Below, in pieces: positions 48,310-61,079 of a stretch of DNA of 64,000 nt. The DNA comes from Macrostomum lignano (lineage: Eukaryota). The stretch's first letter is position 1. Each line of letters begins with the position of its first letter. The position numbers and the translations under genes are program-made. The notes below the pieces were generated by a model, which was not told the DNA's origin, did not search any database, and saw nothing but the letters and a program-made list of their open reading frames with translations. The stretch is taken from NCBI GenBank assembly GCA_002269645.1, contig NIVC01001232.1, positions 128,599 through 192,598 of the forward strand. The letters are read 5' to 3'.

Positions 48310-49810
48310 GGCGTAGCCGTCAGCGTCCACGTCTCGGCTTTGTATAGCAGGACGGTTTCAACAACCGCCTGTCACAGCCGAGCCCTCTGTCGGTCGGGCA
48401 GCCCTTCGGACTGGAGGACGGTTCGGATCGAACGGAAAGCCGCCCAGGCAAGTCCTCTTGTGGGGAACCAGACCGCCGAGGTAAATGAACCGCTGGCAGC
48501 GTGCGAGCCTGGTCTGAGTTGGTGAACAATAACAAAGCATATACAGGTCGTTTTTTTAGTTTTGGAATATAATTTTCCAGGAAATTTTACATTTCTAGAA
48601 TCCGTGGGCCTTGAATTGCTTGAGGGGGTATTAACAACGTTTGCATGCGTTTATTTGCTTTTTAGCCTTTGGCTTTGGTCAAAGCATAGAAAGAAAAGCT
48701 ACTCTTAACACTCCTGGCCTCCCACTCCTGTCAGATATTTAGGGCCAAGGTAGCGAAGATTTGGCGTGCAGCTAGAGGTCTTGTAGCTACATGTAATTAA
48801 GACAATACAGTGAGAGACAAGCAGGGAGAATTTGAAAACAGCTTAATCCGGAGATTAAGCTAATCCGCCCCTCCGTGAACGTGCTCACCAAACCAGCTTT
48901 TTCGAAATCAAATGTGATGCAGAATAATCAGTCTCAGAGGCCAATGCTGAACATTAAAATTACATTAATTTGTATTTGGCTGCTTGAGGTGATAGATGTG
49001 ATGTTCAAATCTGAATAACTAAATACATAGCACTGTTTCACCTCTTGGTTCACAAGTAGCTCAATCGCTTCTAGTTGGGGCTGAGCGAGCGTCAGAACAA
49101 CAACAAAATACGCTGTCAGTCAGTCAAGCGAGTCAAGAGAGGCAAAGACAGCGTCACACTGCGCGTTTCAGGGCGTGGGCGCGAACGTAGGGCCGGCATC
49201 AGCCAGCAGGCAGTCGACAAAACGCCAAGTACGTGCCTGGCCTCGTCAGTAGGGTAGCACCTCCTGCGCCGGATGCGGACATGCGTGGATGATGTGGCCT
49301 ACCAGCTGGAGTCGCCGGCCAGCTTCGCTGGGACGTGACAGGCTGCTTCATCGCGGCCGACGCTCGTCGCAACGCTCACCAGCCGGTCCAGCTGGCGCTG
49401 GGTGCCCTCAACGGTCGAGGACAGCAGGGCGAGATCGTTGGCGTACCAAGCACGCTGAGCCGCCTTTCTATACTAGTTGGTTTCGACCCATGCACGCGTC
49501 GCTACTACAGCAGGCAGCCGTCGTCATCAGATAATAGATTGAGCGGTCCGCAGCCCGTCAAGCAAGAGTGAAGAGCATCATAAATAAGAGGGAAGTCGAG
49601 CGAAGTGATTATGGTCTAACAATGATCTGGAAGTTCACAGTGACGGAGGCTTTACTTTTCACTCCGGATCGATAGCGCTAGCCCGACAGCCCTCGTAGCA
49701 CAACCAGCTCCTGGACTCAAATGCTTAGCTCAATGGGTTGAAGCAGGGCTACCAAGTGAAGCTTAAACATGATTCCGCATACACTGGTTTCCTCAGCAAC
49801 GAGTGCTGAC
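48310..49810 (-). mobile_element. Degraded, interrupted RTE-type non-LTR retrotransposon fragments
   Basis: Minus-strand WYANDLALLSSTVEGTQRQLDR (decayed YADD, near 49380-49450), FIYLGG and AVVETVLLYKAETWTLT (48315-48500), with frameshifts. Confidence 0.75.
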
Positions 49811-50306
49811 CTGCTGGGTTTGAGCCCGCGGTCGCGACCTCAGAATAAACACGATCAGACTGCAAACCATACTCTTCTATTCAATTTCGTGATACGATCA
49901 CTCTAATATAATTTTACTATTGATGTGATCGTAATTCGAAACCTAAAAGCTCTTTCGGTTTTGTCTTACGATTACCTACTCATAATTTCATAATTTAAAT
50001 GATCGTGTGACGAAAGTGAATAAATATAAGCAAAGCTTCCATAAATTTTTATGCTACGTTTCAGTGACAATTGTTGTGAATTAAAATAAATTAAATTAAA
50101 ATTGCAGCGATTTAAAGTGATTTAAAGAAGTTAATACTACGTACAATAATTGTGAAACGTAATTTTTTGATATACTGGAGTGTTTTTTTTATTCTTTTTT
50201 TAACGGGGATCATAAACAATAACTTGACAATAAAATAAATTGAATTGAACAATTCTTAAATACACAGAAATATATTGGCCAAACAGGCTTCTTGCCTGAG
50301 CCAACT

Positions 50307-50428
<122 letters not shown>

Positions 50429-51063
50429 GACCAGTTGCCAGGTTGACCTGCTCGGCGGATCGTCTAACGAAAGAATGCCCCAAAAGATACTAGATACAAT
50501 CATTATCTCAACTAGGCCTATATATTGTATTTAATGTCATAGTATCAAAAATCCCTATTGCTTAAGTTTCTAAGCCTTTACCTATATACGGTAATATACC
50601 ACATATTATAGATATTAACTAGGCCTAGATAGGCCACTTAGGTACAAGTATTGTAGTGACCTTCGCGAAAGTTCTATACCGTATGATGTTTACTTCCAGA
50701 AATTTCTGCAAAACAGTACGAGTTAAATTCTAGAAAATTCTTTATCTAGCTATTTGTAATCTCATAGTAAATATTTCTACTCAATAATTATTTATTTACT
50801 GTAATTCATCATCATACAAAATATGAATACCGTACGTACGATACTTACTATACAGTTTGTTTTACCGCACTAAAATGATTCTAGAAATTTCCGGAAGGAC
50901 AAATTATAGTATAAATATACAGTAGCTAAACCAGCATCTGCTCCAAGCCTCTTTGGATATTCGAGAAACTCAAGTGCCAAACAAAGAAGCAAACAAGGGC
51001 GAACCACCGCCTAGCTCTACCTTTTTCATTTCACAGCCGCTACAACTGGTCCGGTGAGTCGTC

Positions 51064-51963
51064 ATGGCCGACGAAAGCGATCCGCAGCTATCGCAGCAGG
51101 CCGCAGCAGCCGCCGACAACAACCAGGCCCCGGTGCTCAACCCCACTGGGCAGCTACCTGTTCAACATACACCACCGATACTTGAGCCAAGCGTGTCCGC
51201 CGTGTCCGTTAAGGTTCCGCCGCTGTACCGGAACAATTCGGAAGCTTGGTTCCGGACCCTAGAGTCGCAATTCCACCTAGCGCGCATAACTTCGGACGAG
51301 ACCAAGTACCACTACTTGGTTGCGCACCTGCCGGAGGATATCTCGTCGATGCTGATCACGACATCAACGCCTCGACAGTACGAGCCGCTTAAAGCCGCCA
51401 TCTCCAACCTTCTGCAGAAGAGTCAGCAGGAGAAGATCAACGAGATCCTGGCCACGTCCGATCTAGGTGGCGACAAGCCCTCAATCTTCGTCAAGAAGCT
51501 CAGCGCCAAGATGGCTCAGTGCGGCATGGGCTCCTGCTCCGACATGCTCAAGGCGACTCTCATCCGCTGCCTGCCCAGTGAGCTACGAGTCGCACTATCA
51601 GGCTTCCAGCAGGAATCGCCAGAGAAGCTCGCTGAAATCGCTGATTTCATGGTCAGCTACCAGAGCTCGGCGAGCTCAGTCAGCGCTGTACAGCCGACGC
51701 CACCGCCGACTATCAACTCCAGACGGGACGAACTGCCACGCCGACAACTGCAGCCACAGACAAGCGTCACCCCGTTCAAGCCAGGACAGCGTCCGGTCGT
51801 CTGCCGGGCCCACATCTACTACGGTGAACGCGCGCTTACCTGCCGACCGTGGTGTCGTTTCCCGTCCACCTTGGGTGGTAGGCGGCCGCGAATTCTGAGT
51901 ACTCACGAAAAGACACCTGCACAGTCCAGGTCAGGCTCTCCGACACGTCAGCCGTCAAACTAG
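51064..51963 (+). CDS. gag: Gag of the CsRn1-type element (299 aa)
   Basis: [37 protein letters not shown] capsid N-terminus and the C-x2-H-x9-C-x3-C motif [18 protein letters not shown] characteristic of the CsRn1 clade. Confidence 0.92.
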   Translation: MADESDPQLSQQAAAAADNNQAPVLNPTGQLPVQHTPPILEPSVSAVSVKVPPLYRNNSEAWFRTLESQFHLARITSDETKYHYLVAHLPEDISSMLITTSTPRQYEPLKAAISNLLQKSQQEKINEILATSDLGGDKPSIFVKKLSAKMAQCGMGSCSDMLKATLIRCLPSELRVALSGFQQESPEKLAEIADFMVSYQSSASSVSAVQPTPPPTINSRRDELPRRQLQPQTSVTPFKPGQRPVVCRAHIYYGERALTCRPWCRFPSTLGGRRPRILSTHEKTPAQSRSGSPTRQPSN

Positions 51964-54900
51964 AGGGCACTGCCCAACCTGCCGCAGTGAGCAGTGCATC
52001 ATCCCCGGCGGCGAGCAAGAAATTCCTGGTGGTGGATATCAAGATAGACAGCAAGTACTACCCGTTCCTGGTCGATACCGGCGCAGCAGTGTCGATAATT
52101 CCGCAGAAGCAATTCCACCGGGACCTTCAGGAGACCGGATTTCGCCTGACCACCGCCACCGGTGCATCGATACCGGTCGCTGGAGAGATCTCGCTCGACG
52201 TCAACATCCGAGGACTCCGTCGTGAATTCCGCTGGACGTTCCTGGTCGCATCCGTCGTGCAACCTATCTTGGGGTACGACTTCCTCAGTTATTTCGAATT
52301 GATCGTCGACTGCAAGGGGCGTCGACTAGTTGACCCTACAACGAGACTACATACGCCATCTCTGCCGGTTACCGCAGTGGACCTCGATGAACTCGCCGTG
52401 TCGCTGGCGTATCCAGACCACTGCGATCCTCGTGTACGCGCACTCATCGATCGTTACCGCAGCACCTTCACGTACGTCGAAGGAGGGAGGCTACCTCCGG
52501 CCACCGAAGTTAAACATGACACGAAGCACCACATCATCACGAGCGATAGACCACCGACGCACGCCAAAGCCCGACAGCTGCATCCGGAGAAGCTCGCCAT
52601 CGCCCGAGAAGAGTTTCGGCAACTCTTGGAAGCCGGGTACCTCCGGCCGTCGTCGAGCTCTTGGGCATCACCGCTGCACATGGCTCCTAAGAAGGACGAT
52701 GGCAAACCCAATGGTAAGTGGCGACCCTGCGGAGACTATCGACAGCTAAACAAGATCACCCAGCCGGATCATTATCCCGTGCCTCATATCCAGTGTTTCA
52801 CACGGTATCTCCACGGTGCCAAGGTTTTCTCCAAGCTGGATCTGGTGCGAGCCTATCATCAAATTCCAATCGCCGAAGAGGACATACCGAAGACAGCAAT
52901 CATCACACCGTTCGGTCTTTACGAGTGGATCCGCATGCCATTTGGTCTTCGTAATGCAGGTCAAACGTTTCAGCGATTCATTGACACTGTGCTCCGTGGC
53001 ATCGACGGCGTGCTCGCCTACGTGGACGACTTGCTAGTCTACTCCAAGGACGAGGAAGACCACCTCCGAGTGCTCGAAAGCGTACTCCGACGCCTTGAAC
53101 AACACGGTTTGAAGGTCCAGCTCACCAAGTGTGCTTTCATGCAGAAGGAAATCACGTTTCTTGGACACCAGGTAACAGCAGACGGGATCCGGCCGCTCGA
53201 ATCCAAGGTTGACGCCATCCGCGAGTGGCCGGCACCTCGCAACGCACAGGCCCTGCGCAGGTTCCTCGGCACAATCGGTTTCTACCGCCGCTTCATCCCG
53301 CATTTCAGCCACACCGCTGCACCGCTGCAAGACCTGGTCACCAAGTCACTCAAGGCGCCGCGCACGTACGAGTGGACATCGCAGCACGAGGACGCGTTCA
53401 ATCAGCTGAAGGGTAAGCTAGCCGATCGTATCTTGCTTCACCATCCCGACCCGCAGTGTTCGTCCTACAGCCTGGTCACCGATGCCTCGGCAACCTGCGT
53501 GGGAGCCGCTCTACACCAAGCCGACGGTCAGTCGCCAGTCCCGCTCGGGCTGTTCAGCAAGACCCTTTCGCCGACGCAGCGAGCCTACTCTGCTTTCGAT
53601 CGAGAACTCCTAGCAGTCTACCTGGCAGTTCTTCACTTCCGGAGCCTTATCGAGGGCCGTCAGGTCACGATCTTTACGGATCACAAGCCCCTTGTTCAGG
53701 CCTTCCACAGCGGCAGCCAGGGTACCTCCGACAGGAACCAGCGTTATCTGAGCATCATATCCGAATACGTCACCGATGTGGTCTACATCCGCGGCTCTGA
53801 CAATATAGTCGCTGACGCCCTATCAAGGTTATCCGAGTCCGGAGGTTCGCCGACGCAAACGGTTGCAGCCGCAGAGGAGACATCCCTAGAGGAACCCGTC
53901 GACTTGCCAGCCATCGCCGCAGAGCAGAAACGAATCGGGATGCAACCAAGCAACAACTGCCGATTCTATGAGTTCGACGGAAAGCAGGCACTGTTGTGCG
54001 ATACCTCCAGTCACTATCCTCGTCCAGTCGTCCCAGATTCGCTACAACAGCCGCTCATTCGGCAGTTCCACCAGCTTGGCCACTACGGCGTCCGCAAGAC
54101 CGCCAGCCTGCTGACAACCCGATACTTCTGGCCGAACATGCGAGATGCCATCAAACAGTTCTGTCGAGCATGCGCAACCTGCCAACGAACTAAGATTGGG
54201 CGCCACACGACGGCCGGCAGTTCTGCGTTCGACCTACCATCGAAACGACTCGAAGTTGTGCACATCGACATCGTCGGTCCGCTGCCTGTACCCGACCGGA
54301 AGTACGACATCTCCTGCGGTCTCACTCCTCGTTACCTACTCACGATGGTCGACCGTAGCACCAGCTGGATCGAGGCCACGCCGCTGGAATCCGTCACCGC
54401 AGAGAGTGTAGCCTCAGCATTCATATCTACCTGGATTTCGCGTTTTGGAGTTCCGCTGTACATCGTCACCGACCGAGGACCGCAGTTCGAAGCCGAGTTT
54501 TTCAACCGAGTCGCTAAGGACATCGGATTTCACCGACTGCGCACAACAGCATATCACCCGCAGACGAACGGGAAAGTGGAGCGGGCCCACCGCACCCTGA
54601 AAGCCATTCTGAAGGCTCGCGGGAACTCCTGGCTGGAGAATCTTCCTCTAGCGCTACTTGCGATGCGCATCTCACCAAACGACGACGGCATAAGCCCATT
54701 CACTCGTCTGACCGGAGAACACCCGATGATGCCGCGCGTCCTGACGACAGCCGAGGATCCAACACCCGAGATGATTCGACTGCGCCTGGATAACCTGCTT
54801 GACGACACGAGACCTCCACCAGATCGGCCTACGCACATCCCGAGCGACCTCGAGACAGCCGAGAAGGTTTGGGTCCGAGTCGACCGAACAAGGAAGCCTT

Positions 54901-55310
54901 TGGAAGCACCGTACCAAGGTCCCTACCCGGTAGTGAAGCGACTGCCGAAGTTTTTCATCATCGAAACAGCCGCAGGACGTCAGGAGTCGGTCTCCATCAA
55001 CCGCCTGAAGCCTTGTCGATCAACACCGCAGTCTGCACCTGACAGACGAAGAGCATCTCCGACAGCCGACCCTCCCAACAGCGAGTCGACGGTGCCACAG
55101 GAATCAACATCTCAGTCGGGCACCAGGGAAGACGACATTAGCGACCTTAGCACGACAGCACCGACGGAGGCAGGTTCGCAGCAGACAGAGCCGGAGCGAA
55201 CCAGGACGCGAACCGCGGTCCATCAGCAGCAACCACCACCATCACCAGTACGTACCAGGAGCGGCCGTAGAGTGCAATTTAAACCTAAAAATGACTATTT
55301 CTACTTTTGA
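51957..55310 (+). CDS. pol: Pol (PR-RT-RNaseH-IN), uninterrupted, in the -1 frame relative to gag
   Basis: Motifs [29 protein letters not shown] / VTDRGPQF / NGKVERAH and GPY. No own ATG, so it is expected to be made by frameshifting. Confidence 0.95.
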   Translation, partial: KLEGTAQPAAVSSASSPAASKKFLVVDIKIDSKYYPFLVDTGAAVSIIPQKQFHRDLQETGFRLTTATGASIPVAGEISLDVNIRGLRREFRWTFLVASVVQPILGYDFLSYFELIVDCKGRRLVDPTTRLHTPSLPVTAVDLDELAVSLAYPDHCDPRVRALIDRYRSTFTYVEGGRLPPATEVKHDTKHHIITSDRPPTHAKARQLHPEKLAIAREEFRQLLEAGYLRPSSSSWASPLHMAPKKDDGKPNGKWRPCGDYRQLNKITQPDHYPVPHIQCFTRYLHGAKVFSKLDLVRAYHQIPIAEEDIPKTAIITPFGLYEWIRMPFGLRNAGQTFQRFIDTVLRGIDGVLAYVDDLLVYSKDEEDHLRVLESVLRRLEQHGLKVQLTKCAFMQKEITFLGHQVTADGIRPLESKVDAIREWPAPRNAQALRRFLGTIGFYRRFIPHFSHTAAPLQDLVTKSLKAPRTYEWTSQHEDAFNQLKGKLADRILLHHPDPQCSSYSLVTDASATCVGAALHQADGQSPVPLGLFSKTLSPTQRAYSAFDRELLAVYLAVLHFRSLIEGRQVTIFTDHKPLVQAFHSGSQGTSDRNQRYLSIISEYVTDVVYIRGSDNIVADALSRLSESGGSPTQTVAAAEETSLEEPVDLPAIAAEQKRIGMQPSNNCRFYEFDGKQALLCDTSSHYPRPVVPDSLQQPLIRQFHQLGHYGVRKTASLLTTRYFWPNMRDAIKQFCRACATCQRTKIGRHTTAGSSAFDLPSKRLEVVHIDIVGPLPVPDRKYDISCGLTPRYLLTMVDRSTSWIEATPLESVTAESVASAFISTWISRFGVPLYIVTDRGPQFEAEFFNRVAKDIGFHRLRTTAYHPQTNGKVERAHRTLKAILKARGNSWLENLPLALLAMRISPNDDGISPFTRLTGEHPMMPRVLTTAEDPTPEMIRLRLDNLLDDTRPPPDRPTHIPSDLETAEKVWVRVDRTRKPLEAPYQGPYPVVKRLPKFFIIETAAGRQESVSINRLKPCRSTPQSAPDRRRASPTADPPNSESTVPQESTSQSGTREDDISDLSTTAPTEAGSQQTEPERTRTRTAVHQQQPPPSPVRTRSGRRVQFKPKNDYFYF

Positions 55311-56804
55311 CTAACTCTTTACCCACTAACAGCTGACGCTTTCTCATTGTACAATTTTCATCCGCAGACCTACATGCAGTGCGTTTCATCTTGTACATAC
55401 TCATCCGCGATCAACTGACTCATAGGGACTCCATCTTCCGCGGGGGGACTGTTGTAGTGACCTTCGCGAAAGTTCTATACCGTATGATGTTTACTTCCAG
55501 AAATTTCTGCAAAACAGTACGAGTTAAATTCTAGAAAATTCTTTATCTAGCTATTTGTAATCTCATAGTAAATATTTCTACTCAATAATTATTTATTTAC
55601 TGTAATTCATCATCATACAAAATATGAATACCGTACGTACGATACTTACTATACAGTTTGTTTTACCGCACTAAAATGATTCTAGAAATTTCCGGAAGGA
55701 CAAATTATAGTATAAATATACAGTAGCTAAACCAGCATCTGCTCCAAGCCTCTTTGGATATTCGAGAAACTCAAGTGCCAAACAAAGAAGCAAACAAGGG
55801 CGAACCACCGCCTAGCTCTACCTTTTTCATTTCACAGCCGCTACAGTATCATGTATGAAGGTTGTTTGGAAAGTCCAAAATTAAATGTGTCTATGTCTAA
55901 TAGATTAACAGATTCAACAAATGTAATGCTAGCCTACTCTTCCTGCTTCTCAACATAGACACCCGACCTTGAGACTTATGCACTTATGCCATCTCTTAGG
56001 CAACTTGTCAATGCCAGCTAGGCCTAGCTAGGGTTTTCTTTTTTGCCAGAGACAAGGAGCCAAATTGCATCCTATGCTCACTTTCAAAGTGCAATTTTAA
56101 GGCTCAGAGTGCAATTTATTTTTTTTCTTAGGGGGCCTATTCAAATGCAATGCAAATGAGGCTTCAATGGAAAAAATAGGTTATAAGACTGCACCTAAAC
56201 TACAGTCCACACCAACTTTTCAATTTTAAGGTGCAATTTTAAAATTTAGGGTGTTGAGTAATGCATACTCTACATATAAAAAACATAAATGCTAGCAGCA
56301 TAGAAATTAGCAAGTGACCTTTTAACCTACCTACTGGCTAATAGGCCTAGTGACTGGCAACGTCCTGGGTTTTTTAAGTTTTGGAAATCCAGTTGCCAGC
56401 CAGCCCTTGGGGCTCAAAATCCAGTTACCAATGGCTATTTTTGATTGCCCATTGGCAACTAGCTGTATTTTCAAGGATATATATATTTTTAAGGCTTATT
56501 AAACATGTATGCACTACATGACTATAGCCTGGGATTTGTTATTGACATTGTCAATTTTTGCAACTTAGTATTTGCCACAGCCTATTAGATTCATATAGCA
56601 CTTTTATTAGATTTACAAAATCATTTTTTTGAAATTGGCAACTGGTATAAAGAAAATGAAGTTGCCAGATTGGCCTCTGATGCCAAAAATCCAGTTGCCA
56701 ATGAGATTTTCAAAGGGCCAAGAACCCCACATGGCCCAAAAAATAAACCAAAGCAATTTCTAATATTTTTTCATCTTTCTAAATAGCCAGAAATCACTGA
56801 TAAG

Positions 56805-57202
56805 TAGAGGTCGGACGGGATCCTGATCCTGATCCCGAAATCTCGGGATCCCAAGGAAAATTGAATTCCCGCGGGACCAGAATCCCAACCCTAAAAACTC
56901 GAGATTCGGGAACAGGTCTTTCAATTAATAATTTATAGAATTAGTGATTACTTGAAGGTATTTTGCTTTAACTTGTACTCGTTACATTATTTACTTTGTT
57001 GGTTACAAAACTTCATATCAATTTCATTGTGTTTTACTTCTTGATCTTGACAATCTTTTCTCAATTTTGTTTAACTTTACATGGACAATACACTAAAAGA
57101 CCTGATCCCGATTCCCGAATCCCGATCCCAATCCCGATCCCGAGAAAAAAATTATTCCCGATCCCGATCCCGCCCAAAGATTTCAATCCCATCCGACCTC
57201 TA
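56805..57202. mobile_element. hAT-type MITE, 398 bp
   Basis: TIRs TAGAGGTCGGACGGGAT / ATCCCATCCGACCTCTA, a perfect 8-bp TSD CTGATAAG (56797-56804 and 57203-57210), and subterminal (gatccc)n repeats. Confidence 0.92.
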
Positions 57203-58629
57203 CTGATAAGTAGGGTAGATATGGAAATACCTGGAAGCCTAGGTCTAAAATAGCAGCTATTGTTGCCTAATTAGTATGCAACTTGGCATTGTTGTACTAA
57301 TGCAAGATGCCACGCCATAGCTTAGCTTGCCATATTGCTAGGCCTTGATAGCTTTATACAACTTCTGCAAGACTTTGATATAGTACTCACTATTGATTGT
57401 GATACCACAGGGAAGCCATTTGATAAGCAGAATGCCCTCTTTGTCCTAGAAGATAGTGGCCATTTGCTTGCTAGCTGAAGGTGCAATCAGACCTTTGATA
57501 GGTATAGGCATGTGGCTGGCCTTCTACACACTGCTTTGCATCTTAGACTGGCTTGCTATAATAGAACCAAGATTCATCCCTAGTCACAATCTCGTCCAAA
57601 AAGTTGGGATCACTGATATGACTAGAGGAGCTACTGATAAACCTAGACCTACTCTTGTTGCACTAGTTAGTCATAAGTTTATGGACCCAACAAGCAACAA
57701 TGTGCAACATACTGAGCTAACTGTCAAGATTGAATGAATGTCTATTGATGAGATGCCAATAATTGTTGACAAATCTTGCATTGTGGCTTAGTGGTTAATA
57801 TCCAAAGTAGCTCGTACAATGCAAAAGCTCAATAATGTTTGACCTATTAACCATGGTGGCAAGCCAGCCACTCCATAGAAGGTCATCAACTGTCTCCTAG
57901 CTGTCTTTAAAGGTTTGGACCCACTTGTTAACCATGGTTTTTGATAGTACACATTTACTATATGTTGCTTGCACCTCACAAAGAATTTCTGCCTCTTGCT
58001 TTCCTTGCTTCTACTTCTACAAAAACCAAATGATACTCTACTTTGCTTCTTCATTATTCAGCATAATAAAAAAATTATGTGACTGAAACACTGCAAGAAA
58101 AAAATTCTTGGCTCAAACAAGACTACTCTTGCTTTAAAACATTCAGTGTATAATATTTGTCTATGGTATAAAGTTTCAAGACAAAGTAGTGACTTAAAAA
58201 AGATATATATATGATGTTTGATTATAGAATTTCCAAACAAACTTCATATATCGGGCCTAGCTTTCTACTTTCCAAGTTTCAGTTCAACACAATAGAAAAG
58301 AAGAATATTTATAAAAATGAAACTGGCTAAAATGAATTTGATAAGTTTAGAAGCCCAAGCTTGCAAGTATATAAACAACTTGCTAAGTGGTTTAGCATTA
58401 ATGTATATTTTTTATTATTAGAGGCAAGGGGGTTGTGTGCACCCTGGCGCACTCTAAGCAACATAGGCATATAACCGGTGAGAGGCAGAGGCATAGCCAT
58501 TCCACTGAAATTTGCATAGTAGCTTTAGGCTAGAATTCCAAGAAAGGCTATAAAAATTGGGCTGGGGCAAGGAGATAGTGTGGAAAGGTACAGTTGGAGA
58601 GTTTAAGCTAGAGGTAAAAGCCAATAAAT

Positions 58630-59060
58630 AAGCTTTTCCCACCAAGATTTACTCGCTATGCTATGCATTTTGCCTATGAGCAAATTGCCTATCAAGATAG
58701 ATGCAGTGCTCTTTTCTTGCAGCACATTTAGCCACATAGCAAATTTTGTCTGCATTGCTTCTCCAATGCTTAGTAAATCTTAATAAAGAGATTTACCTAA
58801 TCAAAATATTTTGATAGTAACTGCATATAAAATGCATATTTTGGGGGAGGGGGAGGGCAATGTAGATAGAATCAAGCTATCAAATGTGCTGCAGGAAAAA
58901 GTATTGCAGGCAAACCTCAGGGGAAAACTTGGTAAGCAATTCACTCACAGGCAAATCTTGGTAGGCAATTCTTAGTGGGCAAATCTCCTTAGGCAATTTT
59001 TCTCATAGGCAAAATGCACTCTGGGCAAATCTTGGTAAGAAAAGCTCAGTGGGCAAATCT
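58630..59060. repeat. Foldback (long inverted repeat) element
   Basis: gcttttcccaccaagattt...gcattttgcctatgagcaaattgcct pairs with aggcaattttctcataggcaaaatgc...aaatcttggtaagaaaagc. An inner arm pairs ttcttgcagcacattt with aaatgtgctgcaggaa. Confidence 0.7.
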
Positions 59061-59637
59061 TCTATAGGCAAATCTTGGCAGGCAATTTTCATTTACCCAA
59101 TTTTTTAGATATGCAACCCAAAACATGTTCTAATACTTCCCTTATCTATGGCCACTTGTGGCTGGCACAAAGTGTATTTTGTTGTTGCTATTGGCAGCCT
59201 ATGTATTTTTAGTATTTTTCAATGCAGTTTTTAAACAACTTTTTATAAATAGCTTATATTTATAATATTTACAATATTTTCAATTTTATGTACATTAAAA
59301 CATTGTGGCAACTTAAAAAGAGCTTTTCTAAGAAAGATATATTCATAAACTAATATAGTTTTAAGCATGTGAACTTTATAGAAATAGTATTACCTTTTAC
59401 ATATAAAGTAGTGAAAGCAATACAAATTATATACAACTTGATTCAATATTAAGGCAGCATAAATATCTATTTGGATATACGGCAATCACTTCTGCTATCG
59501 AATAGAGCATGCTTGGCTTAGCTTTCCAAATTACACATTAATTTTACTATGTCTACTCATTGTCCATTGCATAATAATTTACATTCTTGTAAATTGACAA
59601 CTTTTTCTCAAAAAAATCGCATGCTAAATCAGCTTTA

Positions 59638-60186
59638 ATGAGCAGCTCAATGCAAAACATAGTCTGGGTTGACCTAGAGATGACTGGGCTGAATCTTGAC
59701 CGCGATAAAATTATGGAAATGGCCTGCTTAGTAACTGATAAAGATCTCAATGTCCTGGCCGAGGCTCCCACAATGGTGCTGCATATTGAGAGCAACTTAT
59801 TGAACAGCATGGACAAATGGTGCACTGAGCATCACGGCAAGTCTGGCCTGACTGAGCGATGTAGAGCCAGCCGCACCAGCTTGTCAGAGGCCCAGTCAGC
59901 TATGTTAGACTTTGTTAGGCAATACACTGTTCGAGGCGCCTGCCCTCTGGCTGGCAACTCTATTCACGTTGACGCGGCATTCCTGCGCAAATACATGCCC
60001 GATTTTATGGCCCAGCTGCATTATCGAATCATTGATGTAAGCACGGTGAAGGAGCTCTGCAAGCGCTGGTATCCGGGCCTGCAAGCCCCGGCTAAGCTGG
60101 GCTCCCATCGAGCCCTGGCTGACATTCAAGAGAGCATCCGGGAGCTGCAGTTTTACCGGCAACAGGTTTTTCAACCGCCGAACTAA
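59638..60186 (+). CDS. REXO2: Oligoribonuclease (DEDDh 3'-5' exonuclease), single exon, 182 aa
   Basis: Motifs [44 protein letters not shown] and [14 protein letters not shown]. No N-terminal targeting extension is encoded. Confidence 0.95.
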   Translation: MSSSMQNIVWVDLEMTGLNLDRDKIMEMACLVTDKDLNVLAEAPTMVLHIESNLLNSMDKWCTEHHGKSGLTERCRASRTSLSEAQSAMLDFVRQYTVRGACPLAGNSIHVDAAFLRKYMPDFMAQLHYRIIDVSTVKELCKRWYPGLQAPAKLGSHRALADIQESIRELQFYRQQVFQPPN

Positions 60187-60321
60187 ACGTGACAGCTAAA
60201 ATTTCTTTTCCTTCCTCGGGGTTTGCGGCCTCCGGAGCATATGGCATATGGGGTTAAGAATGAACATTTAATTCGATGTACACAAGTAAAGGCAAGAAAC
60301 CCCCTCCTAGGGGGCTGGCCT

Positions 60322-60462
60322 AATCTAGCTCAGCCAATGAGAGAGCAGTAAGGAGACAGCCTAGGGGCAGGCGCAATCTAGCTCAACCAATGAGAGAGCA
60401 GTAAGGAGACAGCCTATGGGCAGGCCCAATCTAGCTCAGCCAATGAGAGAGCAGTAAGGAGA
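60322..60462 (+). promoter_or_regulatory. Three 53-bp tandem repeats each containing a CCAAT box
   Basis: aatctagctca(g/a)ccaatgagagagcagtaaggaga occurs 3 times, with CCAAT at 60334, 60387 and 60440. Regulatory function is unproven. Confidence 0.35.
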
Positions 60463-61079
60463 GAGGTCAAAGTCAGACACCATCGGGCAGGAGGACAGTC
60501 AAACACTAAACTGTTTATCGGCCTTGATGGATGCTGGGGCGCCACTCCTTTTCTCTTTTGCTCGCTATTTGCACGCGCTAAGTTTGGGTGCATCTTCAGA
60601 AAAGCAAAATATGTAAATTTAATGGGTCTGCTTGTTAAAAGCCGGATGCGATTATTGCTGCTTTAAGTAGCTGAAATTTTAATCAAATTTTAACCATTTG
60701 AGTACATCATTTATAACTACTCGTATTAACAATTAACAATCATTACCTATGAAATGCTAAACTCGGTTAAACTGCTAATGCTCAAACACTACTTAGGCCA
60801 CTTTACGGCTAGAGAAGAGGCTTTTCTCCGCATTTTATCGAATAGCAACAGAGTGGTCCATATAGTGGTTTAATATCTGCAGTTTTCCCACATACGTTAT
60901 TTTGTATTTTTAAATTAAATAAAAACTGACTGCTTACCCAGTCCGTCTTACCAGTAGAAAATATGAAGCGTTTTAATTCCGTTAATTGGCCTTCCTAAAT
61001 TACAACTTATTTTTTCATCAATATACTTCTACCCTACTGACAGTAGAAATATAATTATTTGAAATTCTGAATTCCAGCA

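Larger units (their letters stand above)
50652..55845 (+). mobile_element. Intact Ty3/Gypsy LTR retrotransposon of the CsRn1/Kabuki type, 5194 bp
   Basis: 393-bp LTRs (50652-51044, 55453-55845) read TG...CA and are identical by eye. The 4-bp TSD is GTAT. A PBS TGGTCCGGTGAGTCG starts at 51047 and a G-rich tract gcggggggactg precedes the 3' LTR. Confidence 0.97.

Noticed and set aside
59638-60186. Intronless oligoribonuclease as bacterial contamination or horizontal transfer
   Set aside because: Eukaryotes have REXO2, codon style matches neighbouring host genes, it has a splice-acceptor-like site before the ATG, and other host genes here are also intron-poor.
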